Source of the DNA: Octopus vulgaris
Lineage: Eukaryota
Assembly (NCBI GenBank): GCA_951406725.2
Contig: OX597829.1
Span: 36,952,001-37,016,000 of the forward strand
Direction: 5' to 3'
DNA: 64,000 nt
Below, one piece after another: positions 1 to 11,839 of the stretch. The notes below the pieces were generated by a model that was not told where the DNA came from, searched no databases, and was given only the letters and a program-made list of their open reading frames with translations. Numbering within the stretch: the first letter of the stretch is position 1; each line of letters starts with the position of its first letter. The translations under genes and the position numbers were made by a program.

Positions 1-2400
1 AAATATGAAGTCTTCTGGCAAGGTTACATGGATGGTGTAGGGGGTGTTGGCATACTCCTTCCAGAGAAATGGGTGGATAAGGTCATAGAGGTTGTCAGGG
101 TATGCGATAGAGTGATTAAGCTCAGGCTAGTCCTGCAAAACAGCACAGCTACAATTATCTCTGCCCATGCCCCACATGTGGGGGCTACCAGAAGGACCAC
201 TTTTATGATAACCTTCTACAGGCTACATCAAAGACAGGTGGCAATGACCTCATCTTTGTGGCTGGAGACTTTAATGGGTGTGTTGGGCGGGAATCTGGTA
301 TCTTCACTGGGGTACACAGTGGCCATGGTATTGGCACCCAAAATGATCAGGAAACTAGGGTACTGGAGTTCTGTGATGCATATAACCTTAATCTGCAACA
401 CTAACTTCAGGAAGCCAGACAGCCACCTTATAACCTATCAATCAGGGGACTCTGCTAGCCAGATTGATTTCATCCTCACCAGACAGCAGGACGCAGGGCT
501 GCTCTTAAATACAAAGACCCTCCTGGGTGAAGAATGTATCCCCCAGCATAGGCTAGTCATTAGTGACCTTAAGCTCAAGGCCAGAAGGATACCAAGAAGC
601 AGACCAATCCCAAAAAGAAGGATTTGGAAGCTAAAGAACTCTTCACATGGTCAGAGATTTAGGGACATCCTCAACAAGAAATTTGATGAGAGGGAGGAGG
701 AGCTACAGATCCCTTATCTGGTGGACAATGCGGAAACTGGAGATTGATGAATGGTTAATAAGGGCTGTACAGGTCCTATACAGAGAGGCCATTAGTAAGG
801 TTAGGATTGGCAATGAGTATAGTGAAGAATTCCGGGTAGAAGTAGGGGTCCACCAAGGTTCAGCCCTCAGTCCCCTTTTATTCATCATAGTCCTCTAGGC
901 AATAACAGAAGAATTCAAGACGGGTTGCCCCTGGGAGCTTCTCTATGCTGATGACCTGGTCCTCATAGCAGAATCACTACTGGAACTAGAAAAGAAATTT
1001 CGGGTGTGGAAGCAAGGTTTAGAATTAAAAGGCCTTAGAGTCAATGTAGCAAAGACCAAAGTTATAGTAAGTAGGCAGGCAAACTCATCACACACCCCCT
1101 CATGTAGGTGGCCCTGCTTGATCTGAAGAAAAGATGTAGGTAGAAACTCCATAAGATGTACCCAGTGAAAGCTATGGATGCATACGAGATGCAGCAACAT
1201 CAGAGGAAAATTAACCGAGAAGATAGCTTTCATGTGCAGCAGATGCACAGGGGCAATAGACACCACAGATACTCAGAAAACAGATTCCATCACATTCCAT
1301 GGGGAGAAACTAGAAGTAGTTGATAGCTTCTGCTACCTAGGTGACCAAGTTAGTAGTGGAGGTGAATGCTCAGAGAGTATCACCACTAGAATACAAAAAG
1401 CCTGGGCAAAGTTTAGAAAGCTTCTACTCCTACTGGTGACAAAGGGTCTCTTGTTCAGCGTGAAAGGTAGATTGTACACTGCATGTGTGTGAACTGCCAT
1501 GCTTCACAGTAGTGAAACATGGGCTGTGTCTGCAGATGACATGTGTAGGCTTGAAAGGAATTAAACTAGCATGATCCACTGGATGTGTAATGTCAGTGTG
1601 CACACATGACAGAGTGTAAGCACCCTGAGAGAAATGCTGGACATAAGAAGTATTGGATGTGGCGTGCAAGGGAGACGTTTGCACTGGTATGGTCATGTAC
1701 TACGGATGGATGAGGAGAGATGTGTGAAGAAGTGCCACTCCCAAACAGTTGAAGGAATCCAGGGTAGAGGTAGACCCAGGAAGACATGGGATGAGGTGGT
1801 CAAGCATGACCTTCGAACGTTGGGCCTCACAGAGGCAATGACGAAAGACCAAGATCTCTGGAGATATGCAAAGACCCGACAAATAATGTGAGTTCATGGC
1901 TGCTTCCTGCACCAGTTTCACATAGCCCCAGCCCATCCAAAGTACCTTGGATTGCAGGATGGCCTGCTGTGTTTACCTTGGATTATAGGGTGACCTGCTG
2001 TGCTTGAGGAGACCTATTGAATCAAGTACATCAACATCAAAATAAAAATCAAATGGAAATTGTAGTTGTGATACCTGTGCCAGTGGCACGTAAAAAGCAC
2101 CATCCGAACGTGGCCGATGCCAGTGCCACCTTCACTGGCTTCCATGCCGGTGGCATGTAAAAAGCACCAACTGATTGTGGCCACTGCCAGCCTCCTCTGG
2201 CACCTGTGCCAGTGGCACGTAAAAAGCACCCACTACACTCTCAGAGTGGTTGGCGTTAGGAAGGGCATCCAGCTGTAGAAACATTGTCAGATCAGACTGG
2301 AGCCTGGTGCAGCCTCCTGGCTTCCCAGACCCTGGTCAACCCATCTAACCCATGCTAGCATGGAAAATGGACATTAAATGATGATGATGATGATCATCAT
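1..2400 (+). mobile_element. RTE-clade LINE, decayed, with an internal deletion near 710; 5' end runs off the window
   Basis: APE motifs (GVGILL, ICNTNFRK, SQIDFIL), RT motifs ([18 protein letters not shown]) and C-terminal WYGHVLRM/GRGRPRKTW in broken frames; 3' UTR with GTGGCACGTAAAAAGCACC repeats and (GAT)n tail. Confidence 0.92.
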
Positions 2401-2419
2401 ACCTTTCTGGTGCACATTA

Positions 2420-3255
2420 ATTCAGCTGGTGACATACCAGACTTGGCAAGTCAATGTGATGAAAAATGGAGCAGATCCAAAATACCAATTCTGCAATGAT
2501 GTGATTGAAACAGTGGACCACCTAATTTCTGGATGTAAAGTCTTAGCTGAATCAAGATATGACAAAGTTGTCAAATATCAGTATTATAAAATTAAAAACT
2601 GCTGACAAATGGTATAATCACTACCCTGAGGTTGTAACTGAGTGAGAAAATGTAACAATTCTTTGTGACTTTCCAGTACATACAAACCAAACCATCAAAG
2701 CTAATAAACTGGATATTGTTGTGAAAAACCAAAACAATAAAGTCTGTTCATTGAATGACATGAGCAATTACTTGTGATCATATTTCAGCAAAAGAATTTG
2801 ACAAGCTCAGAAAATATAAAGATTTGCTCATTGAAATTGAAAAAAATGTGGAATTTCAAGATGGTTACAATACCAGTGACTGTAGGAGCACTTGGAATGA
2901 TCAAAAAAGAAACTAAAAATTATTTGGGGATGATCCTTGGCTTACCATCCATGTAAGAAGTGCAAAAGATTATTTTAGCTGGTACATCACATGTAATGAG
3001 AAGAGCATTGTTGATGTGGGAAATGCATTTTATTTTTTTCTGTATTTTTATTTTTTACTTTTTCATTTTTAAAAGTTTTTTTTTACTATTTACTTATTTT
3101 TTGCATAACTTGATTTCATTTTGAAAATGAAAAATCTGGTGTGTTTAGTTTAATGGCTTATTAATATATGCATGTGGTTTTTTTTGTCCTAGAAGTGGGA
3201 AGACATTTGGCAAGAAATGGAAACAAAACTGAAAGAAAAACTCATAGTAATAATC
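2420..3255 (+). mobile_element. 3' fragment of R4/Dong-like LINE (CCHC plus restriction-like endonuclease region)
   Basis: FCNDVIETVDHLISGC, ILCDFPVHT..IKANKLDIVV and IPVTVGALGMI in broken frames; ends in AGTAATAAT. Confidence 0.75.
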
Positions 3256-3289
3256 CTTCAAGACTTTATATATGAAAGACACAATACTG

Positions 3290-3840
3290 GTTACTGGCTC
3301 TCATGGCTTAACTGATTGGAAGTGTTATCATATACATGTCTTGGTGTAAAAGATGGGCTACAGCAAATATTCAGCTCAGTACCACAGATCTGCTCGTCAA
3401 GTGTTTGATCTTAACCAGTTGAGCATGTCCCTTGGTAGCTGATGATGTCTGCATCACTGATCACAAACAGAAGTAGTCAGGGAGCATTGTAGCCGCATGT
3501 TGAGAGGAATTCTTTGGAGTTTAAATAATTCACCTCTGGAAACATGGGTATTTTGTTCAACATCCTTAAACAACCCTTATTCAGGGATCTTTTGAGCAGG
3601 ATGGGCTACTTGACCTGAAGAAAATTGTAACTGGGCCCTACCTGCAAGGTCATGCACTGTTTATCTTGATATGAGATCACCATGTCATGCACATATGGCT
3701 GTAATGCATGTGCCTAGTGTACCCTTATCAGAGGGGTAGTTATGATGGGTATACTAGGGTTCATTTATTTGTATTCCTGTGTCACTTTAACAGCATGCTC
3801 TGCTTTCTCACTTGATAACAACAACAACAACAACAACAAT
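3290..3840 (+). repeat. Non-coding interspersed repeat (SINE-like) with (AAC)n tail
   Basis: Co-linear with 11262-11832 and partially with 6200-6300; no ORF; simple-repeat tail. Confidence 0.8.
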
Positions 3841-3882
3841 AGTCAAGACAAAGAGCATGATTTGATTGTAAGATTTTATAGA

Positions 3883-3925
3883 TTGAATGATATTTCAACA
3901 GAAAGTCTGTCTTCGTCAAGTTCAA
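3883..3925 (-). ncRNA. Minimal hammerhead-ribozyme-like motif in the Penelope 3' region
   Basis: Minus strand reads TTGAA-C-TTGACGA-A-GACAGA-CTT-TCTGTT-GAAA-TA-TC-A-TTCAA; stems I and II pair; same strand as the PLE ORF and 3' of it. Confidence 0.6.
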
Positions 3926-4665
3926 AATAAGAAGTGATAAAAATTCAAAATTATAGAAATTTAAATGTAAAGTATGAATGAGAGCAACCAGTGTCCACAC
4001 GTTGATGGAATGACATCAGCAGTTTTTAAGTTACAATTTTATAACACGCAAAAGAAAAAAACAGAAAAAAGAAAACAACAAAAAAAGGAAAGAAAAAGAG
4101 AGAAAGAAGAATATTTAATCAAACAGTTTTGTATAAATTTGATGATATTCTCCTGTCATCTTATTCATTCCTCCAGGGTGTGATGTTAATAACTCACAAA
4201 CATATTTCTCCTCGTGCATTCTGAGAAGTGAAAGTGAAGCAGATTCAGAATATGCACTTTCAAGTCTTCTTCAAAATTGCAGCTGCTTGAAACCAAATGT
4301 TCAGCAAGTTCTGTCAAACTACTGTTGTTGTGCCTGACATTGAATCTGTGCCCATTAAACCTTTTGTTTAATTGTTCTGTTGTACAACCAACATAAATTG
4401 TGTTTCATGTATTCTGCAGCACACACCAACTGGGAATCTTTACATGTTCCATCTTCTGTATAAATCATAACATTTCTGTTATGATTTCTGATGGAATTCA
4501 CTTCACTCATGTTGCACAATGAACAGCTGTTCTTTAAGGTACAGCATGCAGATACTCCAATGTTCGTTTTCTTGGAGTCAGATATAGAGGTCCCATGAAG
4601 GGATTTGAATGTCTTCAGTAACTGTGTTTTGAATTTCGTCATGAAGATATTTTCAAAATTAACTG

Positions 4666-5169
4666 TCATGCGGGGGTACCCATGGTGCAATCCTTCACCT
4701 GGTGGTAAAATCTTTGTCTAAACTTCATTGTGTTATTTTCTAACACAAACCTCAATAATCTACAGAGAAAATTTGAAGGAATACTTTTGTTTGACTGTTT
4801 TTCGAAGGCATCCATGCATGCCTCTACCCCTTCATTGTGGTCAATATTGGGGTATAAGGAAGAAACATCCATAGTTACCAAAAAACAGTTCTTAATACAG
4901 CCTCGGTGGTTAAAAAAGTTGTTGATTTTAGATACAAAATCAAATGTATCCCGAATATAGGAACTTGATCGTTTTGCAACAGGGATTAGAAAGCTATCCA
5001 GCCATTCTGAAATGTTGGCTATGCAGCATTCATACCTGCTGCAAATTGGGCGCATTGGAGGAAATCTTGCAAACTTTTTGTGTATTTTAAGGAGACCATA
5101 AAATACAGGTGTTCTTTCTGACCTTAAAATCTTAGATTTAGCCTTATTAACGAAATTGTTTTCCTCCAT
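4666..5169 (-). pseudogene. Penelope-type reverse transcriptase fragment
   Basis: RTPVFYGLLKIHK..PPMRPICS, SYIRDT, LVTMDVSSLYPNI, FYHQVKDCTMGTP; truncated after MGTP. Confidence 0.88.
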
Positions 5170-6199
5170 TTCCAGAATTATTTTGTCAAGTTCTTCTCTG
5201 TAATTGGGGTTTGGATCGACAGGTAATTCTTCATATGAAGTTTTGTCATTTAAAACTTCTTCACAAGCTGAAATATACTCAACTTTTGTCCTTTATTATG
5301 ATAGCACTTCCCTTATCTGCCATCTTAATAACAATAGAATCATTATTATGTTGGAGTGCGTAAGATTGGGAATTTGTGAGGTTATACCAGGACTTCTTTC
5401 CACTTGTTTTAAGGCTTTCTCTAATGCCTGCCTGACAAGATTCAAGAAATTCCAGTAGTGCTTGTGAACGTCCATCCCTAACTTTACCTGGAAACCAATT
5501 GGGATTCTTTTCAATTCAATTATGCCAGATTCAATCATCATCATTTTTATTTTTAGTAAACATAGGGTTTTCTGACTCCTCGTTGCATTTTTTCTTGTGA
5601 CAAAGGACAAACTGAAATAGTCCTTGAGCTAGTTTATTCTTGTTGAAATTCTTAGTGCTTGGGCAAAAACTCAGTACAAGCTCTAAGACTGAGACATAAT
5701 AATAGCCAATGGTATATTGACTAGTAAAAGATTTTTGTACTTTATTTTCAATGAACATGTTTGAATGAAATATAGAGAAAGAATAAAATCTTGTACCAAT
5801 TATACCTGTACTTTAATTAATTCAAATTATTGTACTTGTACTTCAAGTGGCCAAATTGTTGGCAGTTGACATCTGGAATAATTTTTGTAACAAATCAAAC
5901 AGGTAAGATGCATTAAAAATTTCAATTTTAGTGTTTATCCATAATGTTATTGCTTTTACAACTGTTAATTAAATTTAACTGCCCATAAAAGTCAAATTTA
6001 ATCAGCAAGATCAGCTAGAATTACATAACTATAATCCACTGGCATATAAGCACCCACTGACAAAATTTCAAATCTGTATGTAAAAAATTAACAAAGTTAC
6101 TAGCAAATATTGTGGACACCCCACTTGAACCTGGATAATTCAAAATAATGTGAACAAATAAGCATTACTTTTGATAGATTAATCTGAACACTAAAGGAT

Positions 6200-6300
6200 T
6201 AAACAAACCTTATTCAGGGACCTTTTGAGCAAGATGGGCTACTCAACCAGAAGAAAATTCTAATTGGGCCTCACCTGCAAGGTCAGGCACTATTTATCTC
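6200..6300 (+). repeat. Partial copy of the 3290-3840/11262-11832 repeat
   Basis: Shares ccttattcaggga..ttttgag..cctgcaaggtca..tttatct. Confidence 0.7.
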
Positions 6301-7301
6301 AAAACAAGTTAGAAGTTCAAGTCAGTATTATGATTAGGGTACCATATCCTTGGTTGGCAGTACCTGTAGAGATCGTGTCTCAATAAAAACATCGATGGTT
6401 GTGTCAAATTATCGTAATAATCCCCATGAGTGAAAATATGAAATACAAGGTATTATACAATGGCATGTATGCTAACAGGAATGGAACTGTTAATGGTGAC
6501 AGTGTCACATACAGCAGGGAGTGTCTGATCAAGCTCTGGCAGGTCATCATCAAGATCAGGATCAGAATCAAAGTCAAAAGTACAAAATGAAATCATTGAA
6601 ATAGGAAAAAGAGGTAAAAAAAATTGTAATTGAATGCTGGCTGAGAAGTGAGCCAAATAAAAGGGGTTTCATGAAATAAGTAAAGAGAATATGTGATGAA
6701 AAAGGAGTTTTTGAAGCATCCACTCAGTGACCAGGCAAAGGCAATTCATATGAATGACTGGATTACAGGATTAGGAGTTGAAGAAATCCAGAGAAGAATG
6801 AAAAATGAGAAGGAAGAGAGAAAAACAGCAGTAACAGAAAGTGGTAATAAAGGGGTAAGAGATGCAGAATATGAAAGAGAAGAAAATCACTATGTGCCTG
6901 AGATTGCTGATGAAGTAAATAATGAAGATCTAGTTGGACAAGTGACAGTAAATGCTGCTCAAAACTTGAATGATGAAAAGAAGGTGATTCTAGAAATGCT
7001 GCAAGGTAAAATGTGTGATGGGAACAACGAAGTACCACCAAATGTAAGATATATGGACAGAGGGAAAGTAGGGAGAGTCACAGGCAAAGTAAATGGCATT
7101 TTGAGCTTGGTTAAAACAAAATATTAGTGAAACAAACCAGCTAATCCTAGATGCAGCTAATGCTGTACTTGACTTAGTAGGATACAAGTGGAAAACTGAA
7201 GAAATGAAAGGAAATGAAAAGAAAGAACCAAACTGGAAGAAGAGAATACAAATGAAGTTGGAAAAGACACTGAAAGAACTGGGGCAGTTGGATAAGATAA
7301 T

Positions 7302-7514
7302 CTTTTCAACTCTAGGCACAAGGCTCAAAATTTAGGGGGAGGGGGCTGGTCGATTAGATCAACCCCAGTATGCAACTGGTACTTAATTTATTGACTCCGA
7401 AAAGATGAAAGGCAGAGTTGATCTCAGTGGAATTTGAACTCAGAACGTAATGACAAACGAAATACTGTTAAGCATTTCATTTGGTGTGCTAACGTTTCTG
7501 CCAGCTCACCGCCT
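7302..7514 (-). mobile_element. tRNA-derived SINE (Meta-domain-like core) inserted in the Dong-like LINE
   Basis: AGGCGGTGAGCTGGCAG head, B-box-like GAGTTCAAATTCC, core gcctttcatctttt.ggagtc; ~14-bp TSD TTG(G/A)ATAAGATAAT at 7288-7301 and 7515-7528. Confidence 0.85.
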
Positions 7515-8179
7515 TTGAATAAGATAATGAGAGGAGAATTCAAAAAAGAGGTAGTAACCAGAAAAATGAATGGACAATACAAAATAGAAGAATGGGGAAA
7601 ACAAACAGTACATGAAGAATTGTCACAAAGGGTGACAGCATTAAAGGCCAAATTGAAAAGATATGATGGTAGATGCAAAAGTTTTGAACAGAAATAGAAG
7701 ATATCTTTTTGAGGAAATAGAGGGACCAACATCAGAAACTGATTCCTGATGCCGAAGAAAGTAAAATAGTTTGGGGAGAACTGTGGAACAGGCCACAAAA
7801 ACATAAAGAAAGTGCAGAGTATCTAACACAGGTAGAAAGGCAACTTGCAACTGTGCTATGACAAAAAAGAAACATCAGAATTGATCTCTATACAGTGAGA
7901 CTGTAGTAAAAAAAAATAGCAAACTGGAAAGGACCTGGTCCAGATGGAGTACAAGGCTATTGGCTAGAAAACTTTACACAGTTGCATGAAAGGATTGCTG
8001 CACAACTGGATGACTGCCTGCAGCATGGTCACATCCCTACCTGGATGACAAGTCGATGAATGCAGTTATGTCTCAAGGATCCTTTGAAAGGTAACTTAGC
8101 ATCAAATTTTTGACCTATAATCTGTTTACCACTTATGTGGAAGCTTATGATCAGAAAAACTATATAATCATCTAGAAAG

Positions 8180-8897
8180 TGTAGTGGTAGATAGATAGTT
8201 GAATGATTTCCCTTGTAATAGTTTTGAGATGCAATTCTTAATTATTCAAGAAGCTTGGCGTTTCTCTTCGAAGTTTCTAGAATGCCTAGCGTTCCATTAA
8301 TAAAAACAGCTTGCTAACATAGCTTTTCGCTTCTTAGTCGATTAGACTTAGAGCTATTCATGTTGTTGCTATGTACATCTATTTCTCTATGCCCTATAAC
8401 AGATATAACTGAAAGCCACCACTTTGCATAAGGCAGTGAGCTGGCAGAGACATTAGCACGGCGGGCGAAATGCGTAGCCGTATTTCGTCTGCCGTTATGT
8501 TCTGAGTTCAAATTCCGCCGAGGTCGACTTTGCCTTTCATCCTTTCGGGGTCGATAAATTAATTACCAGTTACGCACTGGGGTCAATGTAATCGACTTAA
8601 TCCCTTTGTCTGTCCATGTTTGTCCCCTCTGTGTTTAGCCCCTTGTAGGCAATAAAGAAATAAAAACTTTGTTGTTGTTCTACATTTCCTATCTCTGAAC
8701 GTTCTTGCAAAGATCACTTCATTCAACTAGTTTCTACTTTTTGATTTCATGTATAATCATCGAAAGAAGAATAGAATATATTTTTATGTAGGAAACATAT
8801 AGATCGTGTATTTATTCTTTCATCTCTGTATGAACTCTTGTGATAACATACACACAGCCACATTAAACACACAGTACCATCTATATATTTCACTACA
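8180..8897. mobile_element. Solo LTR (gypsy-type) inserted in the LINE RT
   Basis: Termini TGTAGTG...CACTACA with 4-bp TSD AAAG; removing it restores the LINE frame LYNHLE|SNNLFPKEHKGCR. Confidence 0.85.
8430..8662 (+). mobile_element. tRNA-derived SINE nested in the solo LTR
   Basis: Same family as 7302-7514; core gtcgactttgcctttcatcctttcggggtcgataaa; A-rich tail. Confidence 0.85.
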
Positions 8898-9197
8898 AAA
8901 GTAACAATCTATTTCCAAAAGAGCATAAAGGATGCAGGAAACAAAGTAGTGCAACAAAAGACCACTTATTAGTTGATAAAATAATAATTAAAGATTGTTG
9001 TCCCACCCATGCTATCATAGAAGATGGACATTAAACAATGATGATGATGATGCTGACGCATATTGATGGGACTGAATGTAGCATGGTTAGATAACAAAAA
9101 AGCATGTGGCATGATACTGCACTGTTGGATAAGTAAAACAACAAGCATATTTAGAGTGGCAGAAAATATGGAGAAAATGGTTAATGAAAGTATGAAA

Positions 9198-9560
9198 CAT
9201 TCATCATCATTATCATCATCGTTTAACGTCCGCTTTCCATGTTAGCATGGGTTGGACGAATGACTGAGGGCTGGCGAACCAGATGGTTGCACCAGGCTTC
9301 AATCTTGATCTGGCAGAATTTCTACAGCTGGATGCCCTTCCTAATGCCAACCACTCTGAGAGTGTAGTGGGTGCTTTTACGTGTCATTGGCACGGGGCCC
9401 TCAGGCGGTACTGGCAACGACCTTGCTTGAATCTTTTACACATGCCACCGGCACAGGTGCCAGTAAGGCGATGCTGGTAATGATCACGCTCAGATGGTGT
9501 CTTTTACGTGCCACTGGCACGGAGGCCAGATAGCCGCTCTGGCAACTATCACGCTCAGAT
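9198..9560 (-). mobile_element. 5'-truncated RTE 3'-tail fragment
   Basis: (CAT)n then tttaacgtccgctttccat..ctggatgcccttcctaatgccaacc, matching the RTE tails. Confidence 0.85.
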
Positions 9561-11261
9561 ACTAAATTGGAATACTAAATTGATTGGAGGAAAACAAAAA
9601 CTTGGAAAATTGAACATCAGATGTTTTAGTTGTATTGGCCATGATACTGCTCAGTTTGATATTGCGAAAAGTTAAAATAGCTTATGATTTGGGAAAAGAA
9701 TATGATCAGACAAATCATTTCCTTTTTTATGGATGATATAAAGATTTACATGAAAAATGAGAGACAGCTTGACAGTCTTATATACATACAGTATGCATTT
9801 TCTCAAATGATGTAGGTATGGAATTTGAGATAGAAAAGTGCACTATTTTGAAAATGAAACAAGAAAGATTTGAAGAAAGCCAGGGAATTGAAATGCTAAA
9901 TGGGCAAACAATGAAAGCGGTTGAAAAAGGACAGTGATATAAGTATTTGGGGATACAGGAAGTAGATGAAATAAAAAATGAAAAAAATTACCTGTAGAGA
10001 GTTCTCAAAGAGAGTGATTACTACAGTCAAAGCTGAATTTAAAAAATGTCATTGAAGCAATAAATGCATAACTCTAGAGTTGGAATTGCAGACTGGACCA
10101 AAGACGACATACAGAAGCTTAACAGAAAAACTAGAAAGCTGTTGACAATGTATAGAGCCCATCACCCTAAAGGTGATATCAACCAGCTGTACCTGAAGAG
10201 AGACCAGGGTGGAAGAGGCTTAATTGCTATGGAAGAGTGTGTACAAATGGAATGAAAAAGCCTACTAGAATATTTACAGAACAGCACAGAGAAACTACAA
10301 AAGACAGTGAATAAGGAACAGGTGATTAAGTGAGAAATAAGAGAAAAGGACAAGAATGAAATACAGAGTACATTAGACTGATTGAAGAGAAACTTTTGCA
10401 TGATCAATTTTGGAAAGCCACTGTAGATGTATGTGGAACAAAATACTGGACTAGGTTAAAGAAAGGGCAATAAAAAAAAAGGAGAGCCTAATTGTAACAC
10501 CACAAGATCAAGTGATAAAAACAAATAACTTGAGGAAAAATGTGTCAAAAAAATGTAGAGTTTGTGGAACTTGGAATGAGACATTGGCACACAATGTTGT
10601 AAAATGTCCAAGTTGACACAGGAAGAATATAAGAAATGGAGGCAAGTCCAAGTTGTAAAAGCTTTACACTGGAAGTTTTGCCAAAAATGATTTGAAGCTG
10701 GAGATACATAGTATGAACATCTGGTTGAAAGAGTGCTGGAGTTGGAGAAATGTGAGATTTTGTGGGACTTTTCTATTAAAACAGATAAGAGGCTAGAAAA
10801 TAATAGACCAGACATGAAAATAATAGACAAGGAAAAGCAAAGCTGCTAATTAATTGGTCCATCATGTCTGCTTGATTCCAGGATTGTAAAGAAGACAAAG
10901 AAGAAAACAAAATACAATCCTTTAAAAGTTGGAATAGAAAGAACTTGGAATATGAAAACTGTAAAGGTTGTGCCACTAATAATTGGTGCATTTGGAACTG
11001 TAAGCAAAGATATAGACAAATGGTTGAAGGAGACTGGAGAATGTCCTCTAGAGCTTCTACAGAAAATTTGTCCCTTGGGGATAGGAAAGATTATTAGGAG
11101 GGTTCTAAGCACTTGAGAGACTATTGAAAAGCTAGTTGATACCTTAGGTTACAGGTAGTATCCTGCTACACACATAAATCCTATCAGGAATAAGACCAAA
11201 CCTGAGACAAATCAATCAGTAATAATAATAATGATGATGATGAAGATGATGATGATGATAA

Positions 11262-11786
11262 TATTTTAACTGATTGGAAGTGTTATCATGTACATTGTTT
11301 TGTCTTGGTATAAAAGATTGGCTACAGCAAATATTCTGCTCAATACCACAGATTTGCTTGTCAGTTGTTTGACCGTAACCAGTTGACCATGTCCCTTAGT
11401 GGCTGACGATATGTGCATCTCTGATCACAAGCAGAAATAGTGGGGGAGTATCATAGCCATGTGTTGAGAAGGATTCTTTGGGGTTTGAATAATTCACCTC
11501 TGGAAACATGGGTGTTTCATTCAACATCCTTAAACAACCCTTATTCAGGGACCTTTTGAGTGGGCTAGGTTACCGGAAAAAAATTCTACTGGGCCCCACC
11601 TGCAAGGTCATGTGCTGTTTATCTTGATATGAGATCACCATGTTGCACACATATGGTTGTGATGCATGTACCTAGTGTACCCTTATCAGACAGGTAGTCA
11701 TGATGGGTATCCTGGGCTTTGTATATTTTACCCCAGTGTCACTTTGATGGCATGCACTGCTCTCTCACTCAATAATAATAATAATG

Positions 11787-11832
<46 letters not shown>
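11262..11832 (+). repeat. Non-coding SINE-like repeat with (AAT)n tail
   Basis: Co-linear with 3290-3840; (AAT)n at 11771-11832. Confidence 0.8.
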
Positions 11833-11834
<2 letters not shown>

Positions 11835-11839
11835 TAAAC

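Larger units (their letters stand above)
3845..5760 (-). mobile_element. Penelope-like retroelement (RT plus GIY-YIG endonuclease), decayed and internally deleted
   Basis: RT ORF 4666-5169; downstream IYVGCTTEQLNKRFNGHR and terminal HPGGMN; 3' UTR with a hammerhead-like motif. Confidence 0.88.
6330..11232 (+). mobile_element. Near full-length decayed R4/Dong-like LINE with (AAT)n tail and nested insertions
   Basis: NWKGPGPDGVQGYWL, PIICLPLMWKL, KGCRKQSSATKDHLLVDK, FMDDIKIY, GGRGLI, ILWDF..NNRPDM and VVPLIIGAFGTV in broken frames; (AAT)n at ~11220. Confidence 0.85.
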
